64,000 nucleotides of DNA from a virus (IMGVR_UViG_3300030330_004405:1-64000); one strand, 5' to 3'; counted from the first letter of the stretch, positions 34,942 through 44,872 are shown. The notes: a model not told the origin generated them from the letters alone. Numbers and translations are program-made.

Positions 34942-35931
34942 ATGGCGGACAAGAAAGATCCAAGAGACGATACAAATTACTTCAGTAACTTAAAATACGG
35001 TCGCGATGAGGGTGTTGCCCAAGACGTATACGTTGATACCAGCGATGCATACGCCAATTATAAACAATACGTAATCTCCTTTTTACACGTGCCATCAAAT
35101 TCTACGGTATTTTTTAAAGCATATGTAACCGAGTACAACGAAACCTTTAATTGTTCTTGGAGCCCAACAGAAGTTTATGGTCGCACGGATCCAATTCAAA
35201 CATATAGAGGAACCAAAAGAAGTATTTCTCTCGGCTTTGATGTCCCAGCAGCATCGATGAGTGAAGCATATGAAAACCTAGGGAGAGTATCGAAACTAGT
35301 TCAAATGCTTTATCCCACATATGTACCAAATGAACTGGGTAATGGCAGAATAATAGGACAAGCCCCCTTGGTTCGTGTTAAAATGATGAACTTAATAACA
35401 AAAGAGCGCGCAACACCAGATCACATCCAACAAGCACTCGGCGGGGATAACGACTCACTATCACAAGTTTTAGGTGCCTACCAGACATCTCCTATGCCTG
35501 AAAATGGTGTATTAGCTGCTATTGGTAGCGTTAGTTACCGTTCAGATTTACAAAAAATTCAAATGTTTGAAAAAGCAGCAAACACGGTCTTACCACAGTC
35601 GTTAAGTGTTACCTTGGGCTTTGATGTAATTCATGAAGAAACGCTTGGTTGGGGACCTGATGGAAAGCCGCTAGCTTCTAGTTTTCCCCATAAGGTTAGA
35701 TTGAAAACGCCTCCGGGTGACGCTACTTCGGTTGGAGGAGACCAAAACCCAGCGGACATCTCCGCTAGAATTGCGGAGGAAAGACGAAACCAAGCAGAAC
35801 TGGATATGCAAGCAGCACAAAAGAATAGATTCCTTGAAAGAATTGGTGTAAAGACGCTTGGTCGAGGTTTAGACCTGATCGGCGGTGGAACTGGAGTGGG
35901 ACCAACCACGATACCAGAAGAGGATTACTAG
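34942..35931 (+). CDS. Baseplate/tube initiator protein
   Basis: W....YGRTDPI.TY..T.R.I.L.F and AP..R motifs typical of contractile-tail tube initiators. Confidence 0.65.
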   Translation: MADKKDPRDDTNYFSNLKYGRDEGVAQDVYVDTSDAYANYKQYVISFLHVPSNSTVFFKAYVTEYNETFNCSWSPTEVYGRTDPIQTYRGTKRSISLGFDVPAASMSEAYENLGRVSKLVQMLYPTYVPNELGNGRIIGQAPLVRVKMMNLITKERATPDHIQQALGGDNDSLSQVLGAYQTSPMPENGVLAAIGSVSYRSDLQKIQMFEKAANTVLPQSLSVTLGFDVIHEETLGWGPDGKPLASSFPHKVRLKTPPGDATSVGGDQNPADISARIAEERRNQAELDMQAAQKNRFLERIGVKTLGRGLDLIGGGTGVGPTTIPEEDY

Positions 35932-35941
35932 GAGATTTAAA

Positions 35942-36283
35942 ATGGGAAGATACTCATCGACTAAAAAGTTTAGAAATAACTTAGAATATTATGAATACCT
36001 CAGAGGTAAACGTAAGCTGAAAATTGCCAATCATTACGCGACTCCTATACTTAAGAATCCCACCGTAGAAGAGAGAACCCGAATAGCGTCAGATTCTCAC
36101 ATATGGGTTCTTGGTGACCGTTATTACAAGCTAGCCGACAAGTATTATGGAGACTCAAGTTTTTGGTGGGTTATTGCATGGTACAATGCGGTACCAGTAG
36201 AAGCTGATTTATCGCTTGGCGATATGATTGAGATTCCGATTAGCTTAAATGCAGTTTTAGATGTGTTAAACTTGGATTATTAG
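35942..36283 (+). CDS. LysM-like baseplate wedge protein (gp53/tail X-like)
   Basis: GDR...LA.KYYGD...WWVIA..N...IP; start ATG 35942 with AGGAG. Confidence 0.75.
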   Translation: MGRYSSTKKFRNNLEYYEYLRGKRKLKIANHYATPILKNPTVEERTRIASDSHIWVLGDRYYKLADKYYGDSSFWWVIAWYNAVPVEADLSLGDMIEIPISLNAVLDVLNLDY

Positions 36284-36296
36284 GTAAACTTATATT

Positions 36297-39200
36297 ATGT
36301 CTAGTACTTTAGATCTTCTCGGCGGACCATTCAGTCCCCAAAGTCTTGTTGGAGAAATTGTTGAGACAACCACACCTACTGTAGTCGATGGTACGGTGTT
36401 TCCCTTTGATCCGGACAAAATGCCTGGCGTTAATCCTGTGACTGGTGTGCCTGATCTAATAGCAGCACCGCCCCCTATGCCAACACCGCCGTCTGCAGCG
36501 GCTCCAGACGACTCCCAAGGTGGTTCTGTCGCAACAGATCCGACCGAAGAGGTACAGGCAGCTAAAGATGCTTTAGAAAAAGAGCCCATGAGCGCTGCCG
36601 AGTTCTTCGAATCCAATGGAGCAGACCTTCCGGAATATCGAGGTTTTGATGATCAGACGTTTATCTTAATGCATGCATACAACTTGATAAATTTAAGAAA
36701 TGAAAAAATGAATTTTGATCTTGATGAGCCTCCTCCTGATAAGCTCGATGATGTGGATGGTGACAAAAAACCAGATGACGTCATGTCTAATACTATAAGA
36801 TCAATCAAATCTGGCTTACCATATGCTTACATAGAGGGCGAAGACAGCCCAGAAACCAATGCCGTGATACAATGTGTAGGAGATCCTGGTGGTTTTGTAA
36901 ATTACTTGACTGCAGCCCCTAATCTTCAACGCTACCTTGACTCATACCCGGAGGATTTATCCAATCTAGCATCAAGAATTAGATTTTATAAAATTTTTCA
37001 TAAAGATGGCAAAGAAGAAATAGTGGAGTTTGCGTTTGAAACTGCCGGCATGGGAGAATCTGAGCTTGAGGCGATGATGTCGTCAAGAGGTCGACAGCGA
37101 GGCTACGGAGTTGGAATTAAAACGTTTAATATGTCCTTTCTAAGCACTGACAGCTCTACAGCGAAAACTTTAGTAAGCGGCGACTTAATCTTATATGGAT
37201 CTTCTATGGAGTCTTTTTTGAGTGTTAGAAATGGTGTTGGGGAATCCAAAGATCTTGAATATCGATTTATGGATTTAGCCTACAAAACAACTTCCCCTAA
37301 AGGTTTAAGCAATAATATACCGAAGGGGCACACTGACGATTTAGGTTTTGAAATTGTGGCTGACGTCGGATTGGCCACCTCCGCCGGCATACCCGGCTTG
37401 ACAGCAGATACAACTGCACTTACTGTTAAATTGAAACCGCACGGACACAATTTTGAATTTCAACAAGATGGGTCTGTCACGCTGACTATTGAGTTTAAAG
37501 GTTATCTAGATACAACTCTTTCTAGCCCTGTTCAATTTGATGTGTTTATGCAGACAGACGACGTGTTGCGCGATCTTCGTGTTGAATTAGCTGCAAATGC
37601 TATCACAAAGGATTGCGGGGCAAAAGAAGCTACAAAATTCAAAGAATCGCAGGTTGCGAAGGGAAACAAAGTATATCGTAAGAGGATAACAAACATAAAC
37701 AAAGAATTACGCAAAAGAGGTAAGATATACTATATTAATATCGCACCAGAGGTAATGACCGCTTTTAATGATGTTTTCAATTCTTATACAATAGAGGAAG
37801 ACGATGGCGACCCGGCCCGGAACATTCCATCCTCCGCCGAAGTTCGTGTTCTTGCAGGAAAAGGGATCATGCAGGCAGCCTTGGGCACTCGCATTCCGCT
37901 CACATCCTTCATCGAGGAACACCTCGGATTCAAAGCCGGCGCACTGGGCTCAGCATACACAAATATTTCAAATCCGAATAAACAAGCCAAGTCAATGCAA
38001 AACGATATGGAGGAAAAAGCACCACCTCAAAGCACGATTAGAGACTGTGCTGTTGACCCTAACTCAAATCAAATACCATATTTTTACGTAGGTGACTTAA
38101 TTAACATAATTTTAGACAATTTAACGACAATATATCGAAAAGAAAATATAGCGCCTCACATAGAGGAGATGTTAAATGTGTTTGGCTCAGAAGAAGGCTC
38201 TGAAGTAACATCAGAATTCCTGGGTATTAGCCAAGATACCGCGCGTGATATTCCCACACAAATTGAAACCAACAGCGTTATTAACAATATCATGATTAAT
38301 GCTGATAAACTAAAAAAATTCAGAGTCGTTCTCGGACCAACCACCGTAAAAGATTTCTTTTCTGAAAACGAAATCGTTTGCAGCCTAGGCGATATCCCTG
38401 TGCCCTTAAGACACTTTAATGAGTGGCTTGTAGGTGAAATGGAAGGATCAAAAAGACTAAGATACCCGTTGGCTGAATTTATCACTGATTTTATAAAAGA
38501 CTATGTTAAAGTTTTTTTGCGCGGCAATACAAAATATAATGATGTTGGGAATCTTGGTATGAATAAAATATATGACCGTACGAGTCTGTTTGGTTATAAA
38601 TCGAGCCATAGTGAGTATGATACTGATCCTTTGACACTTTTAAGGCACTCGGACACTAAAGCAGCAGGTCGCAAATCCCTGGTATATCAGCTTGTAGGTA
38701 ATGAATATAGACCACTAATCAAAACTAGTTCTAATAAAATATTAAATAAAAGCAAAAAAGAGGGATTTGATTACCTAATTTTTCATGAACCAAGATCGCC
38801 ATTTGCAATACCAAAAACCACAGATCAATTAGCCAACATGGGTATTGGAGTTTATCAGCTTGGAAAAGATCGAGGAGTCTTAAAAGAAATAAGCTTTACC
38901 AGATTAGAAAATAAAGACATGCAAGCAGGCTTCATGTCAGGTGTAAATGGCTCGCAAGACGGTCTGGCACAATTAACGCAAATTTTTGATGCGACATTAA
39001 CCATGTACCTTAACTTAAATGTACATGTTGGACAATATATCTACATCGACCCAAACAGCGTAACTAGCTATTTAAGTGCGGAGACCAGATCCAGAATGTC
39101 AAAACTTACACAGGATATGCTGGGCGTTGGTGGTTTCTTTTTTGTAAATGCGGTTCATCATTCGTTTGAGCAGGGTAGGTTCGAAACAACGCTCAATACT

Positions 39201-39572
39201 CAGTGGCAGCCAACAGCTAACAAATATACAGATGAAGAAATGAGAAAGAAGCCAGAGACAGAAGAGCAACCAACCGCCGCTCCTAACGAATCAAATAACG
39301 ACAGATATAGCGGATGTAAGTCTGCAGAAGAGGGTCCAGATAACAATGGTGAAAACTCCACAGTACAGCAGGCGCGCACAGTATCAGAATCGTTATTCGG
39401 CGGTATTGTAGACAGTGCTGTTGGTTTATTCAAAGCCATATTTGATAACTCCGAAGCTGAGATTACTGTAGAAGAAGTTGAGAATATTACGGGTAAAATT
39501 AACTCCAAAGCTGTCTCTAACCCTAATCAGGGGAATCAAGGCTCAGCCAACAACGGACCAAAAGGGGCATAG
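36297..39572 (+). CDS. Large baseplate hub-like protein
   Basis: Synteny; C-terminal G.YIYI..G.GG.F.V..V.H.F....FET hub-like motif. Confidence 0.55.
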   Translation: MSSTLDLLGGPFSPQSLVGEIVETTTPTVVDGTVFPFDPDKMPGVNPVTGVPDLIAAPPPMPTPPSAAAPDDSQGGSVATDPTEEVQAAKDALEKEPMSAAEFFESNGADLPEYRGFDDQTFILMHAYNLINLRNEKMNFDLDEPPPDKLDDVDGDKKPDDVMSNTIRSIKSGLPYAYIEGEDSPETNAVIQCVGDPGGFVNYLTAAPNLQRYLDSYPEDLSNLASRIRFYKIFHKDGKEEIVEFAFETAGMGESELEAMMSSRGRQRGYGVGIKTFNMSFLSTDSSTAKTLVSGDLILYGSSMESFLSVRNGVGESKDLEYRFMDLAYKTTSPKGLSNNIPKGHTDDLGFEIVADVGLATSAGIPGLTADTTALTVKLKPHGHNFEFQQDGSVTLTIEFKGYLDTTLSSPVQFDVFMQTDDVLRDLRVELAANAITKDCGAKEATKFKESQVAKGNKVYRKRITNINKELRKRGKIYYINIAPEVMTAFNDVFNSYTIEEDDGDPARNIPSSAEVRVLAGKGIMQAALGTRIPLTSFIEEHLGFKAGALGSAYTNISNPNKQAKSMQNDMEEKAPPQSTIRDCAVDPNSNQIPYFYVGDLINIILDNLTTIYRKENIAPHIEEMLNVFGSEEGSEVTSEFLGISQDTARDIPTQIETNSVINNIMINADKLKKFRVVLGPTTVKDFFSENEIVCSLGDIPVPLRHFNEWLVGEMEGSKRLRYPLAEFITDFIKDYVKVFLRGNTKYNDVGNLGMNKIYDRTSLFGYKSSHSEYDTDPLTLLRHSDTKAAGRKSLVYQLVGNEYRPLIKTSSNKILNKSKKEGFDYLIFHEPRSPFAIPKTTDQLANMGIGVYQLGKDRGVLKEISFTRLENKDMQAGFMSGVNGSQDGLAQLTQIFDATLTMYLNLNVHVGQYIYIDPNSVTSYLSAETRSRMSKLTQDMLGVGGFFFVNAVHHSFEQGRFETTLNTQWQPTANKYTDEEMRKKPETEEQPTAAPNESNNDRYSGCKSAEEGPDNNGENSTVQQARTVSESLFGGIVDSAVGLFKAIFDNSEAEITVEEVENITGKINSKAVSNPNQGNQGSANNGPKGA

Positions 39573-39581
39573 GAATAAACA

Positions 39582-40775
39582 ATGAGTAGATTTTTTATTG
39601 AAGATGATAAAGAAAACCCAAAAGATCTTTTTAAGAAAAAACAGATGTTTAAGACTGTTTCTAGGTCCAAGCTTGGCAATTTAATTGATTTTAATTATGG
39701 CGAGAAGCGACTCTATGGTCGCGTTGATCGATACTTCCAGCCTATTGTGCCAAACAGCCAATATCTTGAAATAGTGAACCTTAAAACAAGCACGCCTAAT
39801 CCTAATCGTGTGTTTAATTTTGTTGCTGATGCCTTCGCGGAGCTTGAAAACAAATTCAAATTAAAACTTGCCACTGGAGAAATAAGCGCCGATGAAGACT
39901 TTCTAAGCACCTTAGTCCCAACAGCAGCATACTTGGATCCAAAAGAGATATTCTACAACTATACTCAATCATTTTCAATCGCAGTCGGCAATGTTATATC
40001 AGACAATAATTTAAAGTTTCATAACTTTACTGAATTTGTGAATGTTATAATGCCTTACATAAAAAGTTATCTAAAAAATAAAGTCATAACGTATCCAGCT
40101 TTTGTCAAAAGTAGACAATGCCCAATGAGCATCAATGGACTCGTCATTGAATTAGCAGAGTTAGACCCTAATGATGATAAAACCAAATACGATAAGTTTT
40201 ACAAAAGTAAAAATTGGGATTTCTTTTTAAATGCTTGTAACACATACGGGTTTATGGTAGACTGTAATATGCCGAACAGAATTATTGCAGATATCAACTC
40301 AGTAAACATGGTTGAAAAAATGAAGGCGTACAGCCCGGCAATAAGCTCGGGAGAGCTTTTTATAGCGAATTGTTACGATTCGGTTGCAGATTCGTACTTC
40401 AACACGTTTAAACTGTTCCTATACAACATATATTCAGATAACAAACCCAAGACGATCGTTACAACAACCCAAAATCACTATAATGGCACAAGGGCGGTCA
40501 TCAATAAGGTTAAAAGCTACAAATATAATGATTTTGTCGCTGAGATCGGAGATGACTACCTGTTGGAGTTGTACCTAACAATTAGATTCTTAGAAGAAGA
40601 GAGCAAATTTACTAAATACGAAAGGAATATACTAATACGGGACACCATAGCTTTGTCAAAAATCGAGGGAACGGTATCGGCGATTACCATTTTTGAAAAA
40701 TTGTTAAACAAAACATTTGACTATTCCGGCTCTTTGGGGTATATTCAAAAAAGGCGAGATGATTTGAGGAAATAG
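39582..40775 (+). CDS. Hypothetical protein
   Basis: 397 aa ORF with SD AGGA. Confidence 0.75.
   Translation: MSRFFIEDDKENPKDLFKKKQMFKTVSRSKLGNLIDFNYGEKRLYGRVDRYFQPIVPNSQYLEIVNLKTSTPNPNRVFNFVADAFAELENKFKLKLATGEISADEDFLSTLVPTAAYLDPKEIFYNYTQSFSIAVGNVISDNNLKFHNFTEFVNVIMPYIKSYLKNKVITYPAFVKSRQCPMSINGLVIELAELDPNDDKTKYDKFYKSKNWDFFLNACNTYGFMVDCNMPNRIIADINSVNMVEKMKAYSPAISSGELFIANCYDSVADSYFNTFKLFLYNIYSDNKPKTIVTTTQNHYNGTRAVINKVKSYKYNDFVAEIGDDYLLELYLTIRFLEEESKFTKYERNILIRDTIALSKIEGTVSAITIFEKLLNKTFDYSGSLGYIQKRRDDLRK
40717..40745 (+). promoter_or_regulatory. sigma70-type promoter
   Basis: TTGACT-N17-TATATT. Confidence 0.65.
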
Positions 40776-41977
40776 TGTATTTTCAAGCGTTAGATGATAA
40801 AAAAGAGTGTGTCGGCATCTATCACGATGGCCGGCTAAATTTTGATGAGGGCACTTTTCCGGATTCGTTAGCAAATATGAGGACTTGGAGATATTCGGGG
40901 TTTTTACAAGACGAGTCTATTGAATATGGGTGGTTTCGCGCTGTAGGCAAGACATTAAAAGAGTGTTGCCCTGAACACCTTATCGAAGAACTGACTAGAT
41001 TCGAAAAGAAGATGAATGCTTACAAGAAATCATTTGAGATAGCAAAAATTAACTTTCGAGACCACTGTTTCTTTGACTTGGTGCCACATGATTTTCTTGT
41101 TTCGTTCTTGGAGATGAAAAACCAAATTACCCAACACGTATTTGAAAACTACGAAAAGCCTGTAATCTACGATCATCTTGTAGCAGTGGAAAAACTGCTT
41201 TATAAGATGAGATATCAGAACCTTAATCTAAACACCCAAGATGCCCGCGGACTGTTTACTTCGTCAAGAAGCCGCCAAGCAGCACAAAAGCTACTTAATG
41301 GACCCAAGCATATTGATTACAACATCTTTGGAACTAGAACAGGGCGCTTGTCGACATATCCAGGCTCTTTCCCTATTCTTACGATGCAAAAGGACTTACG
41401 TGCACTAGTCAAACCACAAAACGATTGGTTTATTTCACTTGATTACAATGGAGCCGAGGCTCGCACTGTATTGTCTCTTCTAGGCGAAAAGCAGCCTCCT
41501 GGCGACGTGCACGAATGGAATGTTATGAACGTGTTTAAAGACAAAGGAGTAGAATCCCGAGAATCCGCAAAGACGTTCTTTTTCTCATGGCTGTACAACC
41601 CAGATTCCAATAAGATTGAAGAATCGCTTTACGACCGCGATGCGCTTTTAGACAAATATTACAGCGATGGACATATTGAAACTGTATTTGGTCGAAAGAT
41701 TGAGGTGGATGCGTACAAGGCAGTCAATTACATTGTACAAAGCACAACTGCCGATTTGGTCAATGATCGAGCCGTTGCTATTGACAAATTTTTAGAAGAT
41801 AAACGCTCATTCGTATCACATATCGTACATGATGAAATTGTGCTTGACATTCCCGATGAAGAGAGATATCTTATTCCTGAGATTAAAGACATCTTCTCAA
41901 ACAACAAACTTGACAAGTTTGTCACAAATCTTAAGGCTGGTAAAGACTATATGGATATTGGAGTATTAAATCTATGA
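40775..41977 (+). CDS. Compact family-A DNA polymerase-like protein
   Basis: TRTGRLS, motif A DYNGAEAR, motif B R..AK...F...Y, N..VQST.AD, motif C VHDE. Confidence 0.85.
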   Translation: MYFQALDDKKECVGIYHDGRLNFDEGTFPDSLANMRTWRYSGFLQDESIEYGWFRAVGKTLKECCPEHLIEELTRFEKKMNAYKKSFEIAKINFRDHCFFDLVPHDFLVSFLEMKNQITQHVFENYEKPVIYDHLVAVEKLLYKMRYQNLNLNTQDARGLFTSSRSRQAAQKLLNGPKHIDYNIFGTRTGRLSTYPGSFPILTMQKDLRALVKPQNDWFISLDYNGAEARTVLSLLGEKQPPGDVHEWNVMNVFKDKGVESRESAKTFFFSWLYNPDSNKIEESLYDRDALLDKYYSDGHIETVFGRKIEVDAYKAVNYIVQSTTADLVNDRAVAIDKFLEDKRSFVSHIVHDEIVLDIPDEERYLIPEIKDIFSNNKLDKFVTNLKAGKDYMDIGVLNL

Positions 41978-42834
41978 TTTCAATTGTAGGAATAGGCAAT
42001 GCTGCATCTGCAATCGCAGAGAACTTCAAGTCGCAGAATAATAACTATAAAGTGTATCAACTTGGCAGCAACTACAAGAACACGAAATATACACGCGTCC
42101 TTAAGAGCTATGATAGCCCAGAAAAGTACGAAGAAAATATTCCTGATTTGTCCAAGTTTTTCAAAGAGCTAAATGACAAGGTACAAGTGTTCATAGTGGG
42201 CTCTTCACACAGCTCAAGTTACACGCTTGGCATTCTAGAGCAGATGAAAGACAAAAACTTGGAAATCTTTTATATTAAGCCAGATGTAGAACTACTCACG
42301 GGCGTTCCAAAGCTGCTAGAAAACTTGCTATTTGGCGTATTGCAAGAATATGCCCGATCGGGACTGTTCAAATCTCTGACTATTTTGTCGAATTTGGAAA
42401 TCGAAAATAGTATCACCGGTCTATCTATAAAGAACTATTATGAGAAGTTAAATCACACTATCTTTTCATGCGTGCATTACCTTAATTTTTTCAATCACAC
42501 CGAGCCGGAAATTGGTCAAATGGCTAAGCCATCGGACATTAACAGAATCCGTACCATCGGTATTCTCAATGCGGAAACTTTGTCAGAAAAGTGGCTTTTC
42601 AGCCTTGACATCCCGCGAGAGACGTGTTATTATATATGCATAAATCAAGACAGATTAGAGAAGGAAAGCGGACTACATAAGCGAATCGTCGATCTCCTAA
42701 AAGAGAAGCCAAGAAATGCATATCGCAAGGTTTCATACGGGATTTGGGAGACACACTTACAAGACTTTGGGTTCTGCGTTGCCCACACAAACGCAATTCA
42801 ACAAAATACTCTTGACAAGCTAGAGCAAGAGTGA
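41974..42834 (+). CDS. Degenerate tubulin/FtsZ-like protein
   Basis: IVGIGNAASAIA N-terminus; GSSHSSS in place of GGGTGS; ILSN at the DN position. Confidence 0.5.
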   Translation: MISIVGIGNAASAIAENFKSQNNNYKVYQLGSNYKNTKYTRVLKSYDSPEKYEENIPDLSKFFKELNDKVQVFIVGSSHSSSYTLGILEQMKDKNLEIFYIKPDVELLTGVPKLLENLLFGVLQEYARSGLFKSLTILSNLEIENSITGLSIKNYYEKLNHTIFSCVHYLNFFNHTEPEIGQMAKPSDINRIRTIGILNAETLSEKWLFSLDIPRETCYYICINQDRLEKESGLHKRIVDLLKEKPRNAYRKVSYGIWETHLQDFGFCVAHTNAIQQNTLDKLEQE

Positions 42835-42840
42835 TACATT
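42812..42840 (+). promoter_or_regulatory. sigma70-type promoter (extended -10) for gp32
   Basis: TTGACA-N17-TACATT with TG. Confidence 0.75.
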
Positions 42841-42894
42841 AGGTATCGAGGAAAGCTCGATATACTTTACACAAACAAATAGGAGAAAAAACTA

Positions 42895-43671
42895 ATGTCA
42901 ATCAACATGGAACTAATGAGAAAGAAACTTGCCCAACTTCGTGGCGAGGATAAGGGGGATGGTAACTCCGTATGGTTTAAGCCTGATGAGGGCGACCAAA
43001 CTATTCGGATTGTACCAACCGCAGACGGAGACCCCCTTAAGGAAATGTATTTCCACTATAACGTTGGAGATCACAAGGGCGGTATTCCATGTCCTAAGCG
43101 CAACTATGGTGAGCGCTGTCCGATTTGTGACTTTGCTTCTCAGCTTTGGCGAGAAGGAAGTGATCAAAATGACGAAGAATCCAAAAAGCTTGCAAAGTCT
43201 CTCTTTGTACGTGCACGTTACTTCTCACCAGTAGTCGTCCGAGGACGCGAAGCTGAGGGAGTAAAGGTTTATGGCTACGGTAAGAGAGCTTATGAGTTGC
43301 TTCTCGGATACATCTTGGACCCAGAATACGGGGACATCACTGATACTCTTGAAGGAACTGACATTTCGTTGGTTTACACAAAGCCAACAACGCCGGGTGC
43401 ATACCCACAAACAAGCCTTAAGATGCGTCGAAACACATCTGCTCTACTGGAGGACACTGAGGCCATCCCCGCCCTCCTAGACGGCATCCCCGATATTGAC
43501 TCACTCTTCGAGCGTCTAACCCCCGAACAAATTGACGCCATCCTAGATGAGCAATTGGCGAGTGGTGCCTCCGCTGAGTCTCGCTCCACCGAGACGAGCA
43601 AATATAATAACACAGAGCCCACTGTCAATCCCGTAGATGCGGCTTTTGATGAATTGATGGCAACTAAGTAG
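42895..43671 (+). CDS. Single-stranded DNA-binding protein (T4 gp32-like)
   Basis: W.KP, IRI.P, H..C..CPIC Zn site, D.TD...G.D, acidic C-terminus. Confidence 0.88.
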   Translation: MSINMELMRKKLAQLRGEDKGDGNSVWFKPDEGDQTIRIVPTADGDPLKEMYFHYNVGDHKGGIPCPKRNYGERCPICDFASQLWREGSDQNDEESKKLAKSLFVRARYFSPVVVRGREAEGVKVYGYGKRAYELLLGYILDPEYGDITDTLEGTDISLVYTKPTTPGAYPQTSLKMRRNTSALLEDTEAIPALLDGIPDIDSLFERLTPEQIDAILDEQLASGASAESRSTETSKYNNTEPTVNPVDAAFDELMATK

Positions 43672-43681
43672 CTTGTTAGAT

Positions 43682-43715
43682 AGCCGCTGGCACCCCGGCT
43701 TAGGAATAGGGTGCC
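43682..43715 (+). ncRNA. Predicted H-type RNA pseudoknot, copy 1
   Basis: AGCCG/CGGCT (S1) and GGCACCC/GGGTGCC (S2). Confidence 0.6.
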
Positions 43716-43745
43716 GCATTATTCTATAAAGAAGGAGATTATATT

Positions 43746-44024
43746 ATGGAATGGTTGAAGTCAATGTTAGCACGCTGGAAGGTGCAAGTTAGTTTTGTGG
43801 CTGGAGCGCTTGTCGTTGCCACCACTTACGGACAATGCAGTTTTGAGCTGCCAGCAGCAGAGGAAGTAAGTGAAAACACGCCTGCTGCCGAAACAGTGGA
43901 GGCGACCACCACAGTCGAGGTTTCCGCTACCACTTCTACCGAGGAAGCCACAACTTCCACAGTAGAGGAAAATACCCCCACACCCACAACGGAAACCACA
44001 GCTACCGACGCTGTAACAGAGTAG
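43746..44024 (+). CDS. Small membrane-anchored Thr/Glu-rich protein
   Basis: SD AAGGAG; N-terminal hydrophobic segment, acidic low-complexity tail. Confidence 0.7.
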   Translation: MEWLKSMLARWKVQVSFVAGALVVATTYGQCSFELPAAEEVSENTPAAETVEATTTVEVSATTSTEEATTSTVEENTPTPTTETTATDAVTE

Positions 44025-44028
44025 CTGC

Positions 44029-44057
44029 AGCCGCTGGCACACCGGTTAATGTGTGCC
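44029..44057 (+). ncRNA. Predicted H-type RNA pseudoknot, copy 2
   Basis: AGCCG/CGGTT (S1) and GGCACAC/GTGTGCC (S2); compensatory change relative to copy 1. Confidence 0.6.
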
Positions 44058-44074
44058 ATTTTTTTGAGGGCTTG

Positions 44075-44872
44075 ATGAAAACACCATTGCGATATCCTGG
44101 CGGTAAATCGCGCGCCATTAAGCATATCCTACCTCATATCCCCGAAAGTGTCGAGCGTGTTTGCTCTCCATTCTTCGGGGGTGGTTCGGTAGAGCTTGCT
44201 TTAGCTAACCGTGGCACTGAAGTGTTTGGTTACGACAAGATGAAACAGCTTGTATGGTTCTGGATGGCTCTGTGTGAAAATAATACACGCTTAGCTGACG
44301 AAGTAGAGAGCCTGCGAGAACAGTATATAATTAGAAGCGGTGAAACGGTTACCGGCTGTTCTAAGGAGTCGTTCCGCCAGTATCGTCAAGACCTGATGAC
44401 TGATACATTTATGTTCTCTTACGAAAGAGCAGCAAAGTATTACGCTATTAATAGAGCAAGTTTCTCTGGCGCTACTTTTAGCGGGGGGTGGTCTGAGAGA
44501 GCCTCATACGCGAGATTCACTGATTCGTCTGTCCAAAGACTTAGAGATTTTAAGCGTAAAAACTTTAGAGTAGATTACGCTGACTTTGGTGATGCCATCG
44601 AGTATCACCCAAGGGCTTTTTTATATCTTGATCCTCCTTATATGCTTGAGGGTTCACAAAACTCGCTATATGGTGTTGATGGCAATCTACACAACTCGTT
44701 TGATCATGAAAGATTACATTCACTCTTGACAAACCGCGGTCAATGGCTTATGTCGTATAATGACTGCCCGGAGATAAGAGAAATGTATAAAGATTACGAA
44801 ATTATCGAAGCTCAGTGGACTTATGGTATGAACAAGAGTAAACAGTCATCTGAGATACTAATTAAGGGGTAA
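44075..44872 (+). CDS. DNA adenine methyltransferase (D12/Dam class)
   Basis: PLRYPGGKS, PFFGGGSV, YLDPPY, SYND; start ATG 44075. Confidence 0.92.
   Translation: MKTPLRYPGGKSRAIKHILPHIPESVERVCSPFFGGGSVELALANRGTEVFGYDKMKQLVWFWMALCENNTRLADEVESLREQYIIRSGETVTGCSKESFRQYRQDLMTDTFMFSYERAAKYYAINRASFSGATFSGGWSERASYARFTDSSVQRLRDFKRKNFRVDYADFGDAIEYHPRAFLYLDPPYMLEGSQNSLYGVDGNLHNSFDHERLHSLLTNRGQWLMSYNDCPEIREMYKDYEIIEAQWTYGMNKSKQSSEILIKG
44857..44864 (+). promoter_or_regulatory. Putative late promoter ACTAATTA for the endonuclease
   Basis: In the last MTase codons, 7 nt before ATG 44872. Confidence 0.55.

Noticed and set aside
43682-43715. Fluoride, SAM-II or preQ1 riboswitch identity for the pseudoknot
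   Set aside because: Similar topology only; the conserved ligand-binding nucleotides are not evident
43669-44075. Stop-codon readthrough stimulated by the pseudoknots after TAG
   Set aside because: After gp32 a second in-frame TAG follows 3 codons later; after 44024 the frame stops within 16 codons and is out of frame with the MTase
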